Shown here piece after piece: positions 44,326 to 56,374 of a stretch of 64,000 nt of DNA (the stretch's first letter is position 1; every line of letters begins with the position of its first letter). The position numbers and the translations under genes were made by a program. Source of the stretch: Novakomyces olei (Eukaryota). Location: the NCBI GenBank assembly GCA_016906335.1, contig JADEYG010000005.1:1-64000 (forward strand), given 5' to 3'. Below the pieces are notes generated by a model. That model ran no database searches. It was not told the DNA's origin and was given only the letters and a program-made list of their open reading frames with translations.

Positions 44326-45316
44326 GGTAGAGAGCGAGTGCGCGAATGGGTCGTATCCTCCAAGGAACTCGTGTCGGCAAGTCGTACAGACGATGGCCTC
44401 TTTATAACTATTCTCTTATCACTCGTGGCCTCCGTCCTTTGCGCACTTTTGGCCTCGCCATACCTGCACCAAAAAATTGGACTACGATTAGATATGATTC
44501 GGCTTCAGGAGCCAATGAAAACCAAAGATAAGCCCGAAAAGGGATCTATTAAATTTTTTTCTCCTCCGCTGAAGCCCACGCAGTGGTATATAATCAACTG
44601 TCAGCGAGCCTTTGTTCTCGTTTGGGAAGAAGGATTATCGTATGGCATTCGAGAAAGGTCTGATTTCTTTTGCGATTGTAACACGTTTTCGAACCGCATC
44701 AAGGAAACGTGGATGGAAGAAACGCGAATTCGTAATGCCAAGTAATGGTTACACCAACTGACCGCGATATAAACCGTGTGGCAATCGTCAGCGAGCCCTC
44801 GCGTCTCCAACCCTTCGGATGAAAACGGGTAATACGGAGAACCATTAAGGCGGGCTCTTATCATAAAGAAATATGATTATGGCAAATCAGATAAAATCAA
44901 ATAGTTAAAGTATTTAAAAAAGTAATCAAATAAGTAACGTCAAGTAATCGAACTGATCGAGGTGTAAAAGAAAGCCAGTTCAATTGCGCCAAGCGATAAC
45001 TTTGCGTAAATCAGGCCATCGGTATAGGCCCAAGTTGACAACTTTTAATTTTAGGCGCCATTTCTAAAGCGATTTTAAAGCGATTTTATTAAAAAAAGAA
45101 GACCGCTGTCAAAATTACGATAAGAAACTATTTTTACCAAAGGGAAATGGATAGCGAGCCCACTCAACCCTATCCTTTATCGGCCAATGCTGTTAACCCT
45201 ATTTAAGGCGCGTGTTAGCAGCCTTATCGCTGCAAACTGAGACTTGAGTCAGCGAGCTCATTAGTGTGTGCGGCAGTTCGCGACAGTATCCAATCTACCT
45301 CCTCAAGTCACTTTCA

Positions 45317-46756
45317 ATGGCGATTCAAGTCGTGCCTCTTCCCAAGGCCGAAGGTGTAAATGTCCAGGTAGGCGTGGCAAAAAAAAAGACCCAAAAAAAA
45401 AAAATGATACAAAAAAGTGGAGACAAACCTGCAATGATCGAGGCAGATGTACCTGCAAGTTTGCTAACACGAGAATAGCTGGGCGCCAAGATCATTGGTG
45501 CAGATTTGAACAATCTCGGACAAGACGAATTTGCGGCTATTCGCGATGCGCTTTATAGGCACAATGTTGTCGTTATCAAAGGCCAAAAAGAGATGCATCC
45601 AATCAGCCAGTTTGACTTTGTACGCCGCTTCGATCCCGATGCTCCTGCCGTCCACGGCTTCCTTACCGACGATGTGACGGCCGAGACGGTCGGTGTTCTC
45701 GGTGTATGTCTCTGCTAAACTACGTGGCAATGTGTACTGATATCAGCAGGGCAAGTATAACCTCGTGCCGGACTCTAAAGGCGTCACGCTCGTAGGCCGC
45801 GGCTACATCGACGACGATGGCCATGGATCCAAGGGGATCACGCTCAAGGCCGGTAGCCACACGGACCTCCACGTAGCTCCTCTTTCCGAGGAGCAGATGG
45901 CCGCTGGCGAGTCGCGATTCGGAGCCTTCCATTTTGACGGAGTCATCTATGGCGCGTACCCTTCGCGCGTCACTACTCTGCGCTGCGTCAAGGCTCCCAA
46001 GGGCCCGGACGTCAATATTCGATGGGACGATGGCTCGGGCCATGTAATGACAGCCAAGCCGGGCCTTACTGCCTTTATCGACAGTGCTCAGCTCTATGAC
46101 ATGCTGACTCTGGAGGAGAAGGCTCTCGCCGACAACAGCTGGTGGAGCCCGGCACCTCAGCCCTACGTGTGGACTGGAACCCGGAAGCTGAGAAATTCGG
46201 GTCTCGGCATGGCGCAGGGCGGCAAGACGGTGCCGTACGACAAACTGCCAGACTGGTCGGCAGACAAGGTCTACAAGTTCCCCATGGTATGGGTCAACCC
46301 CGTCACGGGCGTAAAGTGCTTCCAGATTATGCCTGACGTGGTGGAGAAACTGTACCTTAAATCCGGGCCGAATGATACGGAGAAGGTTGTCGCGGACGAA
46401 GGCGAAATTCACAAGTGGCTCAACGATATTCTCGATAGAATTAGCAAACCGGAGAATATTGCTATCCCCGAATACGAAGAGGGCGATATGGTCATTTTCA
46501 ACAACTGGGTATACCAGAGACATTTCTTTCTTTTCCCGTTTTTTCTTTTTTTTTTTTTTTTTCTTTTTTTTTTTTTTTTTCGTGTCCTGCTAACACATAA
46601 TTAGGGTGTCATGCATAGCTCGATAGACTTTCCGGCGAGCTACGGTACCCGTATCAGTAAGTTCAATATCATATGCCTAATGGATCTGACCTGTTTTTAG
46701 TGCACCAGTGCCATATTGCCTCGTCTACTTTACCAGTTGGTCCGAGCTGTGCGTAA
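45317..46756 (+). CDS. TauD-family Fe(II)/2-oxoglutarate dioxygenase, XanA (xanthine dioxygenase)-like, multi-exon
   Basis: LGAKIIGADLN, ALYRHNVVVIKGQ, HFDG (HxD), PSRVTTL, GLTAFID, PMVWVNPVTG, EEGDMVIFNN, GVMHS, with GT..CTAAC..AG introns. Confidence 0.8.
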
Positions 46757-47144
46757 ACGACACGAGTTCGTCTCGCCAACTGGGTAAGTAAGTAGTATCG
46801 ACAGGATCTGTAGTGATAAGCGCCGCAAGATATCGGGTAACCGTTTGGCGCGCTCTTTTCGCCGCTATCTGGAGGGCGCAGTACCAAAAATAATACTAAA
46901 ATAAATCAAGTGGGATACGTTGTAATCTACATGTATAAACACAAAAATTGGAAGCATTTCAAGGCGTCGAATTTGTATGTGTATCTCGGGTGTCGGCTGC
47001 GCTGTGCCGCCGAATCAATGGGCATTAAAAATGTATAGGCTTATATGTTAATTTCAGGACTTTAAAAATACCAGTTTACAGAACAGCAAAGCGTAGAATT
47101 AGGCAGCAGTATCCCAATATTTATTAATTACATCATTTAAACCA

Positions 47145-49268
47145 TCATAACGGTAGAATATCATTTGCGTTCTCCAAAAAGTACGTTCTCCACAACGGAA
47201 CCTCAAACATTAACTCTCCCTTGTCCTCCATTTTGTCGCGATAGCGCCAGTAATCCTGGACCAGTTCCCAAAGACGTCGCACATTTCCAATGTGGTAGTC
47301 CAGCATTCTGCTCCACCACTCTATCCAAACGTCTCTTTTGTCCCGTAAAGCCTCGCATGAAGCAATGAAGCCGGGCCACATGATCGGCGCAACCTTTTGC
47401 GAATCAAAAGCAGAGCTCTCGTGCTTGAGCTCTTCGATCTGAAATAGATGGCTTGCCACCTGCTCAACATGGTAGGAAGTATCCCCGTACTTCATTGGGG
47501 AGCAAAGCAGATCGGCCATGGCTGGAGCCAAAAGGGTCATAAAGTAGATGTGTATAGCGTGGTGGAAAGCAGAGAAATGAGCGTTCATAATCCGCTTTTT
47601 ATTGACTTCAGATTGAGATTTATCATCGAGCAACATGAGATCTGTTTCTTTCGTAACGTCCCACGACTCTATCATCGAGCCGAGCTTGCGGCATGCTGCC
47701 AGGAGCCCTTGGGGGAATGCTTGCGTACGATCGAGGTAGAAAGTCTGGTGCTGGAAGAGTACAGTTACACAGCGAATATAACTAGCCAATGTGTGGGTTA
47801 GCCCGTAAGTCTGCTGAAGCATGCGATCGTCCACCGCCGGATTCCGCGCCAGCGCACTTATAAACTCCTTGGAAACATCTTCGCCCTCAGACGGCCACGG
47901 AACTCCTGACGTAGACCGGCTGGTGGTTTCAGAGAGAGTCGATTGTAAATAGTGCGCTGTAAACAGATACATTCGCTCGGTTGAGCTGTTTATTGCATTG
48001 CCCGTATTTCCAGCATCTACCGACAGCCGGAATCTCTCGTACGCTTTTAGGTGAAGGCAATATTCTGACATGCTTCCTTCCATGACCTGTGACGCGGTAT
48101 TAGCTCAACTAGTAAACGCGCAGATATTAATAAAATCAATAGAAAATAAAATTAAAAGGTACAGAAAGAAACAAAAGGAGAAAAGCAGGTATAAATGTAT
48201 AACAAAACTTTGAAACTCTTCGAAAACGTACATCGATCGTAATAAACGACAAAATAGCTGATTCTATTGCCAGCAATTCGGACGCACTTCTTTGGCGACC
48301 ATTATTTACAGCCGTGCGCAGAAATTTGTAGGCTAGCATGCGGCATAAATGGGCAGCTTGAGTTATCTCTTGCGACTGCTCATTATCCGTCACGTTTCCC
48401 CTCGCATGAAATGCAGCAGTTGCCAGCAATGAATAAAATACAGCGCGATGGCTCAGCGTCAGATTCTCGCTGCTACTCAAATTATTCATTCCCGTGATAG
48501 CTTGGGGTACATACACCGTAGTGTAGACATTTTGAGAGTGGATCACAGGCTGCAAAATATGAACCACTGAGGAAATATAATGATGGAAAAGCCGACCTGC
48601 AAGCTGATAGTCGGGGAACATGGTGCTGCTAGATGCAAAGCGTGGTACCCTACTTGCTAAACACGGTAAATTCGTTAATGCCAAGCTATTGTCCTTTTTC
48701 ACGATCGTGAGAGCGTGTTTGCTAGAGTCGCGGGCGCCCACGAAAATGGAAAACGGACCTTCTTGCATTGTAGTATCAATTTGGTCAGCCTGGTCAATTC
48801 GAGCTAGCATTTCATCGACTTCATTCAAGCCAAATTGCCAGCATAGAAAACCTTTCACATTAATCTCCGGTCAGACTGAAAGTAAAGAATCCATACAAGA
48901 CGCAAAACAAAATAAACTGAGTATGAGCCTTGGATAAATTTATCCCAGACAAACAAAATTCAAATTAAACATTTAAATATAAAAACTAGGACAACTCACG
49001 AGGAAAGAGCATGGCTTTTCGCTTAATTGGCACAGCTGGTTCATCTAATCCATTGACCCAGTGGAGGTAAATCGTATAGCCGGCACATACATGTCCTCCT
49101 TTTTGGCATCGAGCGCAAGTCGGCCTTGCAAGATCGCATTTTACTTTTCTCCTCCTGCATGTCCAACATCTACAAAGGTCTCGGTCAACTAAAATGCTTT
49201 CTGCAAGAGCTTGCTTACCCGTGGAATGTCTTGGTCTTTGTGATTGGCACTCTACTGCGTCTCGGCAT
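47145..49268 (-). CDS. Zn2Cys6 transcription factor with Fungal_trans_2-type domain (Arg81-like N-terminus), multi-exon
   Basis: MPRRSRVPITKTKTFHG|CWTCRRRKVKCDLARPTCARCQKGGHVC across an intron; C-terminal IMWPGFIASCEA. Confidence 0.85.
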
Positions 49269-49546
49269 TTCCGGGCCGCGAGGGCTCGTAACCCTCGATT
49301 TCGAAACAGCAGCAAAGAGGCTCACCCAGCGCTTTCAAGCCAAACACTTTTTATACTTCATATTGTGCGCATCAGCAGATTAGTATGGAAGCGAACCGGA
49401 GATAAGCGCCATCTCTCTCTCCATAAATTACTTGTCAGACAGGCAATGATAATAGTGCTGATTCTGATACGATTCACGTGAAACGCTTGGTTTAATCTCC
49501 TTCGTAGAAAAGGGTTTTCTATTTGATTTTATTGTGATTTAAGAAA

Positions 49547-50128
49547 CTTACCAGATCTATTTATATTCAAGTTACTGAATTATATTGTTGAGAAGTTGAC
49601 TCTATATAACTTATATTTAACTCAATTATTTGAAATAATTACTGTCTTTACATGAATAATTCTGTCTTTACTTACTGAAATCTCCTCTAATTTCTACATT
49701 CTGTCTTTACCAGATCTATTATTGAATAATATATATATATATCCCTGACAGCGCCTCTGAGCCTTGGGGGACCTTTAACATTCTTTTCTACAGTCAGATA
49801 GTTAATATCAACCGTTCGAACTTCAACATAACTTTAAATAATTCAACATATATATATGTTGGATCTTTGAACAGAGAGAATAAAGTGAATTAGCTAGCTA
49901 CCCAAGTCTGTAAGATTCTATGGACTTGTATTTATATAAAATGAATAGATAGTTAAACCGTTAAAGAGAGAATTAGTTTTAACATAAATGGGATCTTCGA
50001 TTAATATCAGTAGTTCAACAATATACTTAACCCTCACAGCGTGTTTTTGCCTTGGGGACCATTCTTTTCTACAGTCAGATACTTAATGTCACACATTAAA
50101 ACTTCAAATTAACTTTAATAATTCAACA
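49547..50128. mobile_element. Nest of copia-type solo LTRs: 49586-49848 (TSD TATAT) and 49857-50020 (TSD ATATA) inside an older related LTR ending at 50128
   Basis: TGTTG...TTCAACA termini with matching 5-bp flanks. 50021-50128 is a diverged copy of the 3' part of 49586-49848. Confidence 0.7.
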
Positions 50129-50801
50129 ATTAGCTTGAAGCCACCTTAAATTTGAACCTGGGTGCTACCTGTACTTATATAATTTCTATCTAAATCACAA
50201 ACTAGACATACTCTCAATCCTCTTTCGATTATTTCCTCCGTTTGTATTGATCCGTCTTCAAAGTAGTGTAATTAAGTGGCTATTATAGTCGATTTTTTCT
50301 CAGACAGTCTGATCCAAATACGTAAACCTTGTCAAGTATCATGTCTAAACGCCTTATTACAAAGGCTTACATTTAAGTATCAGTGCTCAAGTTTTCCATT
50401 ATTAAGCATCTCATCAAGCGCTGAGCTGTCAAATTTAAAATAACCAAATTCAGATGTATAGAGATAGTCTAGGACGCGCATGCTTATCGTGATGAGGTTA
50501 AGTGCTAATGTGGGATAGAGCTTAGCGCCATACGAGTTCTTAAGTGGGATGCGAAAACGCTCTGTTCTGTCATTGGTGGGATTATCGTTAATTTAACCCT
50601 AATCCATTGGATAATCGGCGAGATTACTACTTTGGGTCTCAGATTTATGTCAGCTAGTTTCATAATCTGCTATTTTAGCCAGTAAGCATTAAGCGGCATA
50701 CTTGCGGCCATGATAAGAGATAAGATGGGAATATATAGTAGAGGGCGGCACCGAGCATTTTGGTCATTCAAAAGACTTTCCGCGTTTATCGACTAGCAAT
50801 T

Positions 50802-52299
50802 ATGGAAAAATCAGACAGTATTGAACTGACTAAAGATGAAGCTGCCGTTGCCGTTTCTCCCATTGAAATCGATTCTAAAAGTGAAACAGCTTTGCTTCGC
50901 AAACTAGATGCGCATATCATTCCGGTGCTGGCAGCTTTATATTTTTTGTCGTTTCTCGATAGAAACAATATAGGCAATACTGCTATTGCTGGTCTACCCG
51001 AAGACCTGGGATTAAAAGGAAATCAATTTGGAAATTTGACGTCCATTGTATACGTAACTTACTGTGTATTCGAGCTTTTTATGGGAGTGATTGCTCGACG
51101 ATTTGGACCTAGACGATTAATTGCATTTGGCACTTTCTTTTGGGGAATAGTTTCCTTTTGTCAATGTTTTGTTACGAGCTATGGAGGAATAATGGGAGCT
51201 CGTGTCGTTCTCGGTGTCGCAGAAGCCATTTTCTTTCCTACTGCTTCTGTCTATATTGTAACTTACTATAAACGTGAAGAGCAGGCTAAACGGTGGAGCT
51301 ACATTTTTGTGGCATCTGCAGCTTCTGGAGCATTTTCGGGGCTCATTGCCTATGGCATTCAGCATATTCATACTAGCAGCTGGGCACCTTGGCAGTATTT
51401 ATTTGCCATCGAAGGAGGAATGAGTATAGTTGCTGCTCCTGTAGCTTACGTTTTGATCCCCGAAAATATAGAAACCGCTTGGTTTTTGACTGAAAAAGAG
51501 CGAGAATTAGTCCGGCTTCGGTACGCTTCTAATACCGATTATGAACGACCTGGAAAGCTGACTGGCCGTGATGTTAAACAGGCTGTTTGCGATTTCAAAA
51601 TTTGGATTTCTACCGTCTATGAATTCTTTGGCAACCTGACTCTATACGGCTTCAGCACATTTATTCCTATTATTGTACGAGGGATGGGATTTAGTTCTGT
51701 AAGAGCTCAACTCATGACTGTCCCTGTTTACGCGTGGGCAGCAACTGCTTATATAATTGGTGCAAACTGGTCCGATAGAATCCGCAAACGCGGAATTTTT
51801 CTTATTGGGTTCAATTTGATTGCCTCGATTGGATATATACTTCTCATATCCATACCAACGCAATATCTTGGAGGTAAATTTACTACAACTTTAGCTATGG
51901 CGTCTAACAACTTTAGCTCGATATTTTTCGGTATTTGTTCTAGCAACCGCGGCCTATGCAATAACGAGTTTGAATCTTACGTGGCAAAATAACAACATTG
52001 CGCAAAGCTACAAAAGAGCAATTGGAATAGGGATCAATCAGGGCATGGGCAATGCTGGAGCAGCAGTGGCTGGACAAATATATCGGTCACAGAACTACCC
52101 ACGTTACATTCCTGGAGTGTCCACTGCACTAGGCGGATGTGCAATAAACATTTCGCTGGTTACAATCCAGATGATTTATTTGTCCAGAGCAAATGCAAAA
52201 CGTGAACAAAAAATTCAAAATGCCCATGAAAATGGCTCTGTTCTAGACGATGATTCATATCTCGGTGATAAAAGCGTTCATTATCGATATACTTTGTAG
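50802..52299 (+). CDS. MFS anion:cation symporter (Tna1/Dal5 family), 2 exons
   Basis: LLRKLDAHIIP, SFLDRNNIGN, RVVLGVAEA, YYKREEQAKR, WQYLFAIEG, AQLMTVPVY, SDRIRKRG, YKRAIG. Confidence 0.9.
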
Positions 52300-52379
52300 C
52301 TAATTTGGTGTGAAAGGTTTGAATACTAGTCAATATTAAATATATAAATCTACTATTTAAAATTTCAATAACTTCTCTT

Positions 52380-54133
52380 TCAAAGCTTGTACCGAAACCC
52401 TTTGTTCTCAAAATCAGTGCGATCTTCAAAACCTTTCCGCTCCGCTTCGGTGCTCTCGACAATGTAACCTTTGCCGTCGCGTCGCTTATTGCAAACGTAC
52501 ATCCAGACTGCGAGTGTCCCAATGCATACAATAACACCAGCATAACAAATCTCAAGGCCTAGAATGGCGCTATGATAACGTGGAGATTGTTCAGCAAAAA
52601 AGAAGTGCGGACTAATAATATTACCAGCGGCATACAATACAAAGTTTCCTCCAATGACATTAGATCGTTTATAATGACCTGCAACGTTTGAGGCAGCTAG
52701 GGACCACGAAAGAATAATACTTGCCCCGAAAATTGATTGAAGCCATGTGCAGGCTGCGAGTGCCATTTTATGTCGTAAATCAATTGTCAAAATACCAATT
52801 AGGCCCGCCATTCCCGGTAGGACGGCTAAAATAATGGCAATGCATGTAAAGTTTTTGATCTTTGAGGACATGACTCCCAAAAAGATTACGGAAATAAATT
52901 CAAAAGCGCCCCCGGGCATTTGCAAAAGAGTAGCTTGCAATGGCGTAAACCGAAAGGCCAAAAGTAGAGTGGATGCAAAATTTGAGGTTCCTCCATTTAA
53001 AAGGCCCAGACACAGCGCGTTTCCCCATAAAAGCCAGGTTTTAAAGTCACAGAATGCTTCAACTGCTTGATATTTTAAAAACTTCTTATGCTGAACGCCT
53101 GTTTCGTTTTTGCGAATTCGCCATACAGCCACTACCTTTTCCCTGTGACTCAATAGCCATCCTTTATGAGGACCATCGGGTAAAATAAAAATAATGATGA
53201 ATGAATAAAGCGTTGTTATGGCACCAACAGTAACCATTATGAGTTTCCAACTAGGCAGACTAAGATGATCGACATGTCCAAGACCCCAGGCTATCAGCGC
53301 ACCTAGAATATTAAACAGAGAACTCAATATAGAATAGAATAAAATCATATTAAATGAAGTAAACTTTTTAGCTGTATTTATTACCAAGAATTGAGGCCAA
53401 ACCGTTCACACTCAACCAGAGCGACATTCGTAGCGGCTGCTCGTCTCTGGTCCAAAAAGAGCAGGTAAGACTCATCCAGGCCGGCCCAATTACAGACTCT
53501 ACTGCCCCTAAAAAGAATCGTAGTACGAAGAGCCCCGCGAAATTAAAGGCAGCTGCATGAAGCATGAGAAGTGCACCCCATATAAACACTAAAGCTCCAA
53601 CCATTTTGGCTATCGGGAACTTCTGCAATCCAAGGTTCATAAAGTAGGCTGCAAAAAGCTAGAACAATAAAAGCATCATGTTAGCAGTGCCCGTATTTTA
53701 CGAAAAAAAGCCTTACATATCCAAAATTGGTAGCTGAGGCCACCCATGAATAATCGTTTAGTGTCATATTCGTGTCAGGTCGAAGCCCGTACGAATTTGA
53801 ATAGTTTAGCCTTGTTCGTTAGCACCGTTTCTTTTGTTTTATTCATAATTCTTACGTTTGTTTGTCCAGAAACGACAGCAAGTACGTAATCATCATCTAA
53901 AATTTAGCCAAAAACAAATAGAATAGTGCACGTACTATAGGCAATACAATAAAATCAAGCTTGCGCTTCACGGTGCGAGATAATGACTCTAGCTCAACAT
54001 TGCTATAGCTCTGACTTTCCAAAAACAAACTCAACGCCTCATCTCCGTGCAACGTGCTGTTCAAGTCTATGACTTCACCTGTAACTTCATGTTTCAAAGA
54101 GTTGGTGCCACCCAAGGAAACTGCTTTTTCCAT
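52380..54133 (-). CDS. MFS allantoate-permease-like transporter (Dal5 family), multi-exon
   Basis: VKRKLDFIVLP, LQKFPIAK, LRFFLGAVES, FWTRDEQPLR, ILPDGP, SNVAGHYKR, FEDRTDFENKGFRYKL. Confidence 0.9.
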
Positions 54134-54751
54134 ATTTTGAAATATAGGCTAGTTCCGCTATTCGCTTTTGATTTGTAGGCTCTAGCTTTTCTTGATGCTC
54201 GTGGCAATTTATCGTAACTGACGCCACGACAGTGTTGAATTAGTAATGATTTTTAGTGATAGCATATGTGGGCTGCGTATACTGATAACAGACTAAACCC
54301 CCAAAAATAATTTTACCCCAAAAATTATAGGCTTCCTTCCTTAGTCAGATATAATCTCCGCCGTTTCTCATAAGCGAGGCTTGCGCCTATTTCGGAAATG
54401 ATAAGCAGACGACACCACGCAAGGGGCTTTCTATGTGGGTTGAATTCTCCGATATCGGAAGATGTTATCGATGGCACAAATTTCAAGTCCTAATTTCCTT
54501 TTTACTATCTTTTTTAATTTATCGAATATATTATCACGATCAATATGCTTCCTCGATAAGAAACGGCTATTTTCCGATCAGACGGTTATTGTTCAAATAT
54601 TGATTTCTAGCTAGTTCAAGTGACTAGTAGTCCTATATATCCACATATTTTGTAAATATAATACTTTGTAATAATATACAGCAATGGCCTTTCACCCTAT
54701 TTAAGCCTATAGTTGTAGCATGGAGTATCTTCAACAATCGTGTTTAAAGCC

Positions 54752-56374
54752 TCAAGAGTGTACTGCCTTATCTACGACAGCCATCACTTCGAGTAATTCT
54801 TCATCACAAAATCTAGAGGCAATATTTTGCACACATACCGGCAGTCCATGCATAAGCTCGGGGTCATACTTCTCATAAGCAATCTCATCCCAGCGGCTGA
54901 GAAACTCTGTACGTGGCTCCAAAACATCAGTCTCCTTATCGACCAGAGTAACGGGCAAAACTCCAGCTGGTCGATCTATAAGGTTCCAGATGCCAGTGTA
55001 AGCTATATCAGTGAACTGATAAGGGCGAGGTGCTGTGTACGGAGCAGCTGGTGCGAGCAAGGTATCAAATTCGCCGGGAAGATGCTTGTACCACCACTTC
55101 TCAAAAACTCGACAAATATTATCGGCCTCAAAACGCAAATCGTACGTTTTTTCTGCTGTAGCTGGGGGTGGAGCATTTTCGCGGGTAGAGAGAAAGGATT
55201 TTATCCATGGTTCGCCAGTGCGATTGCAGATTTCTTGAGCATAGCGATAGGCATCAAAGCAAAACACTCTTCGAACACTCTCCAAAGCATCATAAGCACA
55301 GGGAAAATCTGTAACGTAAAATACATCAACACCCAACTTTTTCAGCTTATTAAAACACATGTGCAGTGCTCTTTGTACAGGTGGATGAGGCAATGTAACT
55401 CCGTTACACAGCAAAACACCTACACGAAGCCGCGGAGGAGCAATAACGTTTCGAAAGGGCAAAGGGTAAGAGTAGATATCTCTTTGCCAAGGCTTCTTTT
55501 GGATTATTGCTTCCATCAATATCTTCAAACTCGCAACTGATCTTGCCATTGGCCCCGCAACAGAGGGGATAACTGCGCTCCCCGGGCGGACTGCCGTTCG
55601 AAAACCCAACATTGGTATTCGGTGGGATGTGGGTCGGATAGTATAAATACCCTGGCAAAGAGCGGGAATACGGACTGATCCACCAATATCGGTCCCGATA
55701 CCAACCGGGCTGCCCATAGCTCGGATGAGTGCGCCTTCACCACCGCTGCTGCCTCCTGCGGCCACTCGTAGATCCGTGGGATTTCGAACATGGCCCCACG
55801 TAAAATTCTCTGACTCTGCAGTCATCATAGTTTGAGGAATATTTGTCTTAACATAAGGTACTGCACCGTTTTCAATCAAAATGTCGACAATGACAGCATT
55901 TTCTTCCTCGATTCGAAAAGCATACGCGGTAAAGCCTATAGTGGTATCGTAGCCTTTGACACAGATGTTGTCTTTCAAAGATATAGGAAGCCCGTGCAAA
56001 GGCCCCAAAAGCTTTCCCGTTTCTGCGTAATACTTATCCAGCGTTTCGGCCCTTTGCAATGCTTCAGCAAACATGATTTCTGTACAGCAAACAAGAATGC
56101 TATGGCACAGAGCTGCCCGCTTACAAAACGCCTGACAGACTTGAACTGCAGAGTATAATCGAGAGGCGATAGCTGCAAGCAGCTCTGTACAGTCGAGACG
56201 AGTAATTTCTAGCTCCACTGGCAGCAAGTAGCTCTCAACACATTCTATCGTTCCGCGCGGTGGCAATTCGTCAACTATAGCCTGTTTGACAGTCCATTCC
56301 GCAGGGATGAGTTCCCGCTGATGGGCTAGTTTCGCTTTGCTTATTTCTTGCCAAGTTTTCTCAATGGATCCCAT
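54752..56374 (-). CDS. Amidase-signature family enzyme (acetamidase/general amidase-like), 540 aa
   Basis: GPLHGLPISLKD, KTNIPQT, GGSSGGEGAL, GIGTDIGGSVRIPA (Ser-cisSer-Lys triad motifs). Confidence 0.93.
   Translation of the reverse strand: MGSIEKTWQEISKAKLAHQRELIPAEWTVKQAIVDELPPRGTIECVESYLLPVELEITRLDCTELLAAIASRLYSAVQVCQAFCKRAALCHSILVCCTEIMFAEALQRAETLDKYYAETGKLLGPLHGLPISLKDNICVKGYDTTIGFTAYAFRIEEENAVIVDILIENGAVPYVKTNIPQTMMTAESENFTWGHVRNPTDLRVAAGGSSGGEGALIRAMGSPVGIGTDIGGSVRIPALCQGIYTIRPTSHRIPMLGFRTAVRPGSAVIPSVAGPMARSVASLKILMEAIIQKKPWQRDIYSYPLPFRNVIAPPRLRVGVLLCNGVTLPHPPVQRALHMCFNKLKKLGVDVFYVTDFPCAYDALESVRRVFCFDAYRYAQEICNRTGEPWIKSFLSTRENAPPPATAEKTYDLRFEADNICRVFEKWWYKHLPGEFDTLLAPAAPYTAPRPYQFTDIAYTGIWNLIDRPAGVLPVTLVDKETDVLEPRTEFLSRWDEIAYEKYDPELMHGLPVCVQNIASRFCDEELLEVMAVVDKAVHS

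Noticed and set aside
46520-46580. Poly-Phe stretch at the end of ORF 45765-46604
   Set aside because: It is a poly-T tract inside an intron (GTATAC..CTAAC..TAG) of the dioxygenase.
54448-54459. Palindrome TCCGATATCGGA as a zinc-cluster binding site
   Set aside because: Single occurrence with everted CCG/CGG spacing; not enough support to call.
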